In this document: positions 48,299-55,366 of the stretch, piece after piece | How the letters are laid out: each line of letters opens with the position of its first letter | How positions within the stretch are numbered: the stretch's first letter is position 1 | Assembly: GCA_050049355.1 (NCBI GenBank) | Contig: JASFWK010000004.1 | Coordinates: forward strand, 1 to 55,366 | Source of the DNA: Anaerolineae bacterium | GTDB taxonomy: Bacteria; Chloroflexota; Anaerolineae; B4-G1; DUEL01 | Length of the DNA stretch: 55,366 nt | Reading direction: 5' to 3' | Notes under the pieces: model-generated | Told to the model about the DNA's origin: nothing | Databases searched by the model: none | The model's input: only the letters and a program-made list of their open reading frames with translations | Position numbers and translations under genes: made by a program

Positions 48299-50446
48299 CT
48301 ACAAGTGCTGTTGAACAACGGCGATGACCTCGGGGAAGTCGATTCCCAGCCGTTCTAGGGTCTCCGGCTTGGGCACGCCGTCTTCTGTCCAGCCGCGCCG
48401 CTCGTAGACAGCGTCCACGAGTTTCGTGTACTGCTCCTCACGGTACTTGCGAAGTGCAGCCATCTTCTCCTCGGCGGTCATCTCTGACGTATCCACCGAA
48501 ATCGCCTGCAGTTGCTCGTCGTACCGCTCATCACGCGATTCGTACTCCTCCGCCGTCACCGGCCCCACCGAGCGATAGGGGATAGAGTCGTGCTTCCGCC
48601 GACCGTATCCGAGGCGGAGGTTGAAGACCCGCTGGAAGTTGTACACGGCCTCAGACATGGCGATGAGGTCTTCTTTGGTCACCTCCCGACCGGTGACGCC
48701 GGAGAAGAGCTCGACGTAGTTCTGGACGTGCTCTGGGATCTTGGCCGGCTCGTCCGTCTGGACGTTATCGGGCGGGACGATGTCATTCCAGGGGAGTTTG
48801 CAGAAGCCGCAGAGGCCGAACCAGGTCCGGAACATCGGGAAGTAGTGAAGCGCCTCGGCCTTGTCCTCGAAGGTGGGGAGAAGGTTGCTCACCATGTCCA
48901 TGAAGATGAGCCAGGCCTCGTCGTGCTGGGGACCCTTGTTGGCCAAGCCATAGCCACCCTGCTGAGCCAGGGACTCCTTGGTGACGTACTCGGAGTATTC
49001 GAGCCCCTTGGCCTCCATACCAATGTCCTCCAGGAACTGGATATCAGCTCCGTACTCATCGGCGAAGATCTGCTTCATGCGGCGGACACCTTGGCCCGCG
49101 ATCTTGCCGAACCCCTCACCGCGGGCCATCTGATGGAGAAGCTCGATTGCCGCATCGGCGTTGCCGAACTCGAGCTCCAGCCCGCCGGTCTTCTCCTTAT
49201 CCAGAACCCCCGCCTCGTAGCACTCCATCACGAAGGCGGTGAGCGTTCCGAAGGAGATAGTATCCACGCCATAGGTATCGCAGTAGAAGTTCAGCTCCAC
49301 GACAGCGTCGGGGTCGAAGATGCCGCAGTTAGAGCCCACGCCAGCCACGGTCTCATATTCCGGCCCGTCAACGATGACCCTCTGGCCCTTGTAGGGGCCT
49401 GTGCGGACCGTGTAGCCGTCCACGGCGTGGGAACAGGCGAGGGTGCAGCCATACCAGCAGCCATCCGGCAGACCCTGGGTGAAGCGGCTTTCCCATACAT
49501 CTCCGTTGATCTTGGGGGTGTCCGGATGGGAGCCGTACTTGAAGTTATGGACCGGCAGCAGATCGTAATCGTCCATGATCTGCACCAGGTAGGGAGTGCC
49601 CCGCTTGCGCATGCGGTTCTGTTCGTCGTCGTAGTCGTGAATCTCCTTATGGAGTTTGGCGCCGACGCGAGCGATCCGCTCTACATCTGCGGGATGATTA
49701 GAGTCACCCCGCACGGGGCCGCCCTTCACCACCAGGCCCTTGATGCGCTTGTCGCGGAAGACAGTGCCGATGCCGCCCCGCCCGGCCTGTTTGAAGCGCG
49801 GCGCCTTGCGGCGTCGGTCGTACAGGCTGAAGTTCAGGCACCCGATTCGGGTGTTCTCGGCCCCGGTCCCGGCGGTGACGGTGGACATGAAGTAGCGGTC
49901 TTCCTCCTCCTCCGCTAGCTGTTCGATCAGCCAGTGGCCGACAAGGTGGGTATCCACCGGAGCTTCTGGCGCTTCCTCAATCGTTATGCGTCCGGTGGGA
50001 CCGTCAATTACGACGATGACATCCTTCTCGGCTTTCCCTTGGATCTCAATGGCGTCCCAGCCGGAGAACTTGAGCAGAGGCCCAAAGTGGCCGCCGACGT
50101 TCGAATCTATCACGACGTTGGTGAGCGGAGATATCGTGACCACCAGGGACTTTCCGGAGCCGGGGTACTGGGTGATGCCGCCGCAGGGGCCGGATGAGAT
50201 GACGATCTCGTTCTCTGGGTCATCCCACCTTGTCTCGTCCTCCACCCCATGCCACAGAAGCCACAGGCCGAAGCCACGACCACCGATGAACTTCTCCTTC
50301 ATGACGTCGGTGACCGGCTTGGGGCTGATAGTGTTGTCTGAGAGGTTGACGTAGAGAGTCTGGCCCGTGTAGCCCTCTTTCACCGGCTGGGCCTCGTAAG
50401 TGTACTCGGCCAGAACGCGAGGTTCTGTTGTGGTGTTCGTAGACAT
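48299..50446 (-). CDS. aldehyde:ferredoxin oxidoreductase (tungstopterin AOR family)
   Basis: FIGGRG, SPLT...DSNVGG, AGRGG.G, CWYGCTLAC, GPEYET, CDTYGVDTIS, RGWTEDGVP..ETL.RLG. Confidence 0.93.
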   Translation of the reverse strand: MSTNTTTEPRVLAEYTYEAQPVKEGYTGQTLYVNLSDNTISPKPVTDVMKEKFIGGRGFGLWLLWHGVEDETRWDDPENEIVISSGPCGGITQYPGSGKSLVVTISPLTNVVIDSNVGGHFGPLLKFSGWDAIEIQGKAEKDVIVVIDGPTGRITIEEAPEAPVDTHLVGHWLIEQLAEEEEDRYFMSTVTAGTGAENTRIGCLNFSLYDRRRKAPRFKQAGRGGIGTVFRDKRIKGLVVKGGPVRGDSNHPADVERIARVGAKLHKEIHDYDDEQNRMRKRGTPYLVQIMDDYDLLPVHNFKYGSHPDTPKINGDVWESRFTQGLPDGCWYGCTLACSHAVDGYTVRTGPYKGQRVIVDGPEYETVAGVGSNCGIFDPDAVVELNFYCDTYGVDTISFGTLTAFVMECYEAGVLDKEKTGGLELEFGNADAAIELLHQMARGEGFGKIAGQGVRRMKQIFADEYGADIQFLEDIGMEAKGLEYSEYVTKESLAQQGGYGLANKGPQHDEAWLIFMDMVSNLLPTFEDKAEALHYFPMFRTWFGLCGFCKLPWNDIVPPDNVQTDEPAKIPEHVQNYVELFSGVTGREVTKEDLIAMSEAVYNFQRVFNLRLGYGRRKHDSIPYRSVGPVTAEEYESRDERYDEQLQAISVDTSEMTAEEKMAALRKYREEQYTKLVDAVYERRGWTEDGVPKPETLERLGIDFPEVIAVVQQHL

Positions 50447-50482
50447 GACTTTCTCCTTCATCTATGAATGCCTGGAGCTCTT

Positions 50483-50887
50483 CTATGGAACTGGCACTGT
50501 CTCGACTTCGAGGATGGCCAGGGCCTCGGCAGGGCACTCCTTGACGCACAGTCCGCAGCTGATGCACTTGAAGGGCTCGGTCTGGTCAGCGTGGTAGAAC
50601 ATCGCCAGATACGGGCAGAAGCCGACGCAGGAGAGGCATCCCACGCATAGCTTCTTCCGCAGCCGCACGATGCCGCGCTTATCCCGGTAGAGGGCCTCGG
50701 TGGGGCAGACGTCCATGCACTCGCCGCACTGGTTGCAGAAAACAGCGCGGAGGCGACCCTCGTCCTCGTCATAGATGCGGATGCTGGATTTTTCCGCATC
50801 GGTGACCTTGAACCAGGCCTCAGAGCAGACTTCCTCGCAGATATAGCAGCCAACGCAGAGTTCTGGATCGTAGGAAAGGACTTTCAT
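50483..50887 (-). CDS. multi-[4Fe-4S] ferredoxin subunit of AOR operon
   Basis: four CxxCxxC...C(P) clusters. Confidence 0.92.
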   Translation of the reverse strand: MKVLSYDPELCVGCYICEEVCSEAWFKVTDAEKSSIRIYDEDEGRLRAVFCNQCGECMDVCPTEALYRDKRGIVRLRKKLCVGCLSCVGFCPYLAMFYHADQTEPFKCISCGLCVKECPAEALAILEVETVPVP

Positions 50888-50935
50888 GTACTCACTCCCT
50901 GAGAGGTCTACTGAGATTCTCTGCTACGGACTGAT

Positions 50936-50963
50936 ATTCTATCACACATGGGCGGAAAGCCAA
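50936..50963 (-). promoter_or_regulatory. promoter of AOR operon
   Basis: minus strand TTGGCT-16-TAGAAT with TGn. Confidence 0.55.
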
Positions 50964-51152
50964 GTCCTGACAACTGCCCTGGAATGGCCGTGGCCTTCTA
51001 TGCTTTCGCCCCTTGGAGGAATGCAGTTACCCTGCTCGACCTGGTGTGGGTTCTGGACAAACTGACACGGTGGTGGCATAATCCGTTTCCGATCTCCTGT
51101 GTGGATGATCGAGTCGACAACTGCCGAAGTACCAAGAGTGAGGAGTCGGCCA

Positions 51153-51620
51153 ATGGAGCGCGGTAATGGTGAGCAGGTAAGAATTCGGGCGGCTGAGCCC
51201 GAAGATGTCAAGCGAGTTGCTGACCTCTGTGGTCAGTTGGGTTATCCTGCATCCGGCGATGACGTGCGGCGACGTCTTGCGTGGATACATCGCCAGGAGG
51301 AGCACGCGGTTTACGTCGCAGAGCGAACCGATGGAGTTTTGGTCGGCTGGGTCCACGTCTACATCCGTCATCTGCTGGTGGCGGATAGACACGCTGAGCT
51401 GGGAGGACTTGTCGTGGATGGCTCGTTCCGCGGCCGTGGGGTGGGGCGGCTGCTGATGGAATGGGCCGAGCGTTGGACTCGCAAGAAGGGCTGTCGGGCA
51501 GTGTACCTTCGGTCCAACGTGATCCGCGAGGGAGCCCACGCCTTCTACGAGGAACTCGGCTACATCAACCTCAAGACCCAGTATGCCTTTCAGAAGATCC
51601 TACCTGGAGCGCCGTGCTAG
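51153..51620 (+). CDS. GNAT family N-acetyltransferase
   Basis: LVVD...RGRGVGR.L, AHAFYEELGY; SD GAGGAG; upstream TGGACA-17-CATAAT (51054-51082). Confidence 0.92.
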   Translation: MERGNGEQVRIRAAEPEDVKRVADLCGQLGYPASGDDVRRRLAWIHRQEEHAVYVAERTDGVLVGWVHVYIRHLLVADRHAELGGLVVDGSFRGRGVGRLLMEWAERWTRKKGCRAVYLRSNVIREGAHAFYEELGYINLKTQYAFQKILPGAPC

Positions 51621-53329
51621 CCCAAGAGCTGCACCTTCCAGGGAGGCAGTGCCCAGACATGCTCCCGTCCCAGTGCTTGCCAGCTCTCCATCACCACAGT
51701 CAGAGTTCCCTCGCTGGAGAGATGAGGGCGGGGAAGCTGAGTCTGCTGTGGTGCCCTCACCGTCACCGTGGGATACCACTGATGTGGGTCCAGTCCTGCG
51801 AGGCTCTTGGCTCGCCGCAGCGCATTCTCGAAGCCTCCTAGCTCATCCACCAAACCGCGCTTCAGGGCCTGCCGACCGGTCCACACGCGTCCGCGGGCAA
51901 TCTCTTCCACCTGTTCCAGGTTCATGTTCCGCCCCTCGGCCACGCGTGCCTTGAACCGATCGTATCCTAGTCCGATCTGCTCCTGGATCGCCTCCCGCTG
52001 TTCCTTGGTGAAGGGCGCGGAGTCGGCGTACAGTCCAGCGCGGTCACCCCGCTGGAGCGCCTCTCTGCCTATCCGCAGCTTGTCCAGCAGTCCTGCCGTG
52101 ACGAACTTGCCTCCCCAGATGCCGATGGAGCCGGTTAGTGTGAACGGCTGAGAGACGATGGCGTTGGCAGGAGCGGAGACGTAGTAGCCGCCCGAGGTGG
52201 CCTGGTTGCCCATCAGTGTCACCACAGGCTTCCGCTGCTTCAGCCGGTTCACCTCCCGCCAGATCAGATCGGAAGCCAGAGCGGAGCCACCGGGGGATTC
52301 GACGTGAAGGATGACCGCCGCGATCCGCTGATCTTCCTCCGCTGCCCGCAGCGCTTGCATCACTGTATCCGATCCCGCCTGCTCAAGCATGAGTGGAATC
52401 GGCACAGGAAGTGGAGGAAGGCGTCGGGAGGGGCCCAGTACGATAGTGCCCTCTACAGAGACGACACCGATGGCCGGTCGGTCTCGCCAGCGTACTGGCC
52501 GTCGGAGCCACCGGCGTGCCTGGTGCCATTCAAGCAGCGGTGCTGGGCACTCTTCGCTCCCTAGGGCGGCGGCCAACTCATCCACATAGAGCGTGTCGTC
52601 GGTCAGACCGCCCTCCACAGCCTCTTGGGCCGAGAGCGGCATGCGGTCCATCAGTGCGCGCACCCGCTCTTGGCTCAGTCCTCGACCCTCGGCGATGCTT
52701 CTCACCAACTCCTTGAACTCGGAGTCCAGAATCGCCTCCAACATCTCGCGGTGTGGCTCGCTCATCGTCATGCGACGGAAGAGATCTGGCGTGACCTTGT
52801 ATTCGGAGAACGCTTCCAGGTCGGCTTCTACTCCTGCCAGGCCTAAGGCGTCTCTCAGAAACACGGTCTCCACCCGCAGGCCTGGTGCGAAGAGCGTTCC
52901 GCTCTCTGGAAGAAAGACCTTGTCGCAGGCCGCTGCCAGGTAAGTGACCCACGTGTCTGCGGAGGGGAGCCAGCAGATGACCTGTTTTCCGGCCGACTGC
53001 AGCTCCTTCACCATCCCACGCAGGGCTTGCACCGTGGCCGGTTCTGCAGTCAGCTGGCCGATGTGTAGCGCCACTCCTCGCACTCGCCGATCCCGTGCCA
53101 GTGTTTCCAGCCTCTGCCGCAGACCTTCCAGGCTCACTTCCACAGGAAGTGAGACCAAGCGATTAAGGGGAAACGGGAGAGCGGGAGGCGGCTCCCGCCG
53201 CTCAGGATAGGAGCCGGTCAACCGGATCACAACGTAGTCCAGCCCTCTGCGCCTCAGGGAGACGATTAGGTTGCTGAGGATCTTCAGCAGATTGGAGAAC
53301 GTACGGCGGAGCCCAGGCAGAGCGGCCAT
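51617..53329 (-). CDS. sppA: signal peptide peptidase SppA (S49, tandem domain)
   Basis: [47 protein letters not shown]...GLVDELG. Confidence 0.92.
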   Translation of the reverse strand: MAALPGLRRTFSNLLKILSNLIVSLRRRGLDYVVIRLTGSYPERREPPPALPFPLNRLVSLPVEVSLEGLRQRLETLARDRRVRGVALHIGQLTAEPATVQALRGMVKELQSAGKQVICWLPSADTWVTYLAAACDKVFLPESGTLFAPGLRVETVFLRDALGLAGVEADLEAFSEYKVTPDLFRRMTMSEPHREMLEAILDSEFKELVRSIAEGRGLSQERVRALMDRMPLSAQEAVEGGLTDDTLYVDELAAALGSEECPAPLLEWHQARRWLRRPVRWRDRPAIGVVSVEGTIVLGPSRRLPPLPVPIPLMLEQAGSDTVMQALRAAEEDQRIAAVILHVESPGGSALASDLIWREVNRLKQRKPVVTLMGNQATSGGYYVSAPANAIVSQPFTLTGSIGIWGGKFVTAGLLDKLRIGREALQRGDRAGLYADSAPFTKEQREAIQEQIGLGYDRFKARVAEGRNMNLEQVEEIARGRVWTGRQALKRGLVDELGGFENALRRAKSLAGLDPHQWYPTVTVRAPQQTQLPRPHLSSEGTLTVVMESWQALGREHVWALPPWKVQLLG

Positions 53330-53395
53330 TCTTGCACCTTCCATTTCGACTGGCGGAGAGGAGAGCCAAGTCGCCGGAATCCATCAGGCGGGGTG

Positions 53396-53423
53396 ATGAT
53401 ACTCGATGGGGGGTGAATGTCAA
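53396..53423 (-). promoter_or_regulatory. sppA promoter
   Basis: minus strand TTGACA-16-TATCAT. Confidence 0.6.
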
Positions 53424-53741
53424 GTGAGCGCAGGATGATTGACCGAATTGATCTCTCCTTAGATGTTGATCGTGCGCCAACGCCCGGCCCAGCAGGCCCT
53501 TTGGATCCGTGAGCGAGCTTAGGGAGATGCTGGAATGAGTCAGCGCCGGGCCAAGCGGGTGCTGCGCATCACTTCTTGTTCCGTCCCAGACTTCGACGGT
53601 GGGATGGACGGGTTCGGGCCGATGGCACCTGCTGGCCACGGTACGCAAGGCGAGCAAGCGAGGGCTCGCGAACTGTGTGTGCAGATCATGGATGACCCGA
53701 ATGTTCGATTGAGCCGCCGTTAGAAGCTGGTGCCAGCTTAC

Positions 53742-53770
53742 TTGACCACATCAATCCTCTGCGGTATAAT
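53742..53770 (+). promoter_or_regulatory. rpmH operon promoter
   Basis: TTGACC-17-TATAAT. Confidence 0.85.
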
Positions 53771-53847
53771 ACAGTTGCTTCTCCGCGGGGGAGCGTTCTC
53801 GCGGAGAGCTAATTTTGTCAGGCGAGTACTTGAAGGAGGTGAGTTGG

Positions 53848-54048
53848 GTGCCTAAGCGAACCTACCAGCCGAAGAAGCGCAAGCGCAAACGAAAGCATGG
53901 CTTCCGGGCGCGGATGTCGAGTCGCTCTGGTCGGCGGGTTCTCAAGTCTCGCCGACGCAAGGGACGCCATCGACTGGCCGTGGGCAAGAAGCGTGCCAAG
54001 AAGTGGAACTGGAAGGAGAGTGCGCGGCGGCCCCGACGTCGCCGCTAG
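53848..54048 (+). CDS. rpmH: 50S ribosomal protein bL34 with C-terminal extension
   Basis: KRTYQP...KHGFRARM...GRRVL..RR.KGR..L; SD AAGGAGGT, GTG start. Confidence 0.95.
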   Translation: MPKRTYQPKKRKRKRKHGFRARMSSRSGRRVLKSRRRKGRHRLAVGKKRAKKWNWKESARRPRRRR

Positions 54049-54063
54049 GGCGGGTAGGGGTGG

Positions 54064-54411
54064 ATGGAGCGCAGGATCCGACTGCGACGGTCGGCCGACT
54101 TCGAGCGGGTGCGGCTTGACGGTCGCTCGTGGCCTCACCCACTGCTGGTGCTGGCGGCTCTTCGAAACGAGCTCAGCTACACCCGCGTGGGAGTTGCCGC
54201 AAGCCGCCGAGTCGGCCGGGCCGTTGCCCGGAATAGAGCCAAGCGTCTGCTGCGCGAAGCTGCGCGCCATCTGTATCCCAAACTCTCCCCGGGATGGGAT
54301 GTGGTGCTCATCGCCCGACCTGATATCCTGGAGGCGCGAGAGCCACAGGTTCGCGAGGCATTGGGCGTGCTGGTAGAGCGCGCTGGCTTGCTTGTGGAGA
54401 AGTCTGTCTGA
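54064..54411 (+). CDS. rnpA: ribonuclease P protein component
   Basis: RL....DF, RVG...[18 protein letters not shown]. Confidence 0.96.
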   Translation: MERRIRLRRSADFERVRLDGRSWPHPLLVLAALRNELSYTRVGVAASRRVGRAVARNRAKRLLREAARHLYPKLSPGWDVVLIARPDILEAREPQVREALGVLVERAGLLVEKSV

Positions 54412-54647
54412 TGAAGGTCTTGCTGTTGGCTCTGATCCGTTTCTGGCAACTCACCGTTTCTCGCGTACTGCCTCCTAGCTGCCGTTTCACTCCTTCGTGC
54501 TCCGCATACGGCTACGAAGCTGTGTCTCGGTACGGTGCACTCCGTGGGGGATGGCTGGCTGTGAAGCGGCTCAGCCGATGTCATCCTTTTCATCCGGGCG
54601 GACATGACCCCGTTCCCGAAATCGAACTATCTGTTGAGGGGGATTGA
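54411..54647 (+). CDS. yidD: membrane protein insertion efficiency factor YidD
   Basis: [10 protein letters not shown]...YG...[13 protein letters not shown]. Confidence 0.96.
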   Translation: MKVLLLALIRFWQLTVSRVLPPSCRFTPSCSAYGYEAVSRYGALRGGWLAVKRLSRCHPFHPGGHDPVPEIELSVEGD

Positions 54648-54651
54648 CAGA

Positions 54652-55366
54652 GTGAGAAAGCAACAACCTGTGCCCAAAGGGGCACTAGCTCTTTTTCTGC
54701 TTGTCGCCATCGCTTTCCTTGGCGGCTGTGGAGGACGCAGCCGTTCCACAACCTGGACCGAAATGCTGGTCAGCGATGGCGTGATCTATGCAGCGGACCT
54801 GGATCAGGTTCACGCTCTGGAGGCAGAGTCCGGTGAAGTGCTCTGGAGCTTCCCTCCCGAGCCGGATTCGCGCTCCTATGGCCCTTTCCACACGGTTACC
54901 CTTCTGCCAGGTGAAGCCCTTTTCGTTACCTCACAGGAGAGGGTTGGCAGTGGATTCTTTGCCCAACCGCAGGGAATACTGCGGGCGTTGAGCATTGAAG
55001 GCAACCGGGTGCTGTGGGAGTTTAGGGAGACGAGGGGAGAGTACGCTGCCGGCGGTGCTGTGGCGAATGGCATCCTGGTCATTGGCAATAGCGATGGCAA
55101 TGTCTACGCAATCAGTGTCGAAGACGGCTCGCTGGCATGGGACAGCCCGTTCAGCACGGGCAATCGCGTTTGGTCTACCCCTTTGATCATCTCCGATACC
55201 GTCTACGTCGCCTCTATGGATCATCATCTCTACGCATTGGACCTGGCATCTGGGCGGGAGCGATGGGAGCGGCCGTTTGAAGCTGAAGGCGCAATGATTG
55301 GCCGGCCTCTTGCTCTGAATGATCGCTTCTATGTCGGCGCTTTCGACCATAAGCTCTACGCTGTTC
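54652..55366 (+). CDS. PQQ-like beta-propeller lipoprotein (BamB-like repeats), truncated by window end
   Basis: hand translation MRKQQPVPKGALALFLLVAIAFLGGC (lipobox), then repeats such as VHALEAESGEVLW, VYAISVEDGSLAW, LYALDLASGRERW; open to the end. Confidence 0.85.
   Translation, partial: MRKQQPVPKGALALFLLVAIAFLGGCGGRSRSTTWTEMLVSDGVIYAADLDQVHALEAESGEVLWSFPPEPDSRSYGPFHTVTLLPGEALFVTSQERVGSGFFAQPQGILRALSIEGNRVLWEFRETRGEYAAGGAVANGILVIGNSDGNVYAISVEDGSLAWDSPFSTGNRVWSTPLIISDTVYVASMDHHLYALDLASGRERWERPFEAEGAMIGRPLALNDRFYVGAFDHKLYAV

Noticed and set aside
53535-53723. 62-aa ORF with GGGAG SD between sppA and rpmH
   Set aside because: No recognisable family or composition signal; cannot be supported without homology or expression data.

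Overview
GC-rich bacterial chromosomal segment, most likely Chloroflexota (Anaerolineae-like). This is inferred from gene content: a CpXC protein, FHA-wHTH plus Ser/Thr kinase, an NBR1-Ig-containing glycoside hydrolase, Pro/Thr linkers, and the ftsZ-nrdR and yidD-PQQ propeller synteny. Order: proS; GAF/PAS histidine kinase; CpXC protein; divergent FHA-wHTH regulator and Ser/Thr kinase; membrane-anchored GH3-like protein; RdhA-like Fe-S protein; MFS transporter; secreted clan GH-A hydrolase; a dcw cluster (mraZ rsmH ftsL ftsI murF mraY orf murD ftsW murG cvpA murC orf murB ddl ftsQ ftsA ftsZ, no murE); nrdR-nrdD; three tandem membrane-anchored glycoside hydrolases; several metabolic genes including an aldehyde:ferredoxin oxidoreductase operon; sppA; rpmH-rnpA-yidD and a partial PQQ-propeller lipoprotein. 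The most notable hidden signals are: a Pro-rich leader peptide with terminator/antiterminator ahead of proS (no T-box); a 194-bp MITE with 19-bp TIRs and a 9-bp target duplication next to the nrdR promoter; a class III RNR lacking its glycyl-radical loop with no nrdG nearby; terminator-like hairpins in the leaders of the MFS gene and the glycoside hydrolase cluster; and several near-leaderless genes. No CRISPR array, tRNA, rRNA or transposase gene was seen. All calls come from reading the sequence by eye; no searches were run.
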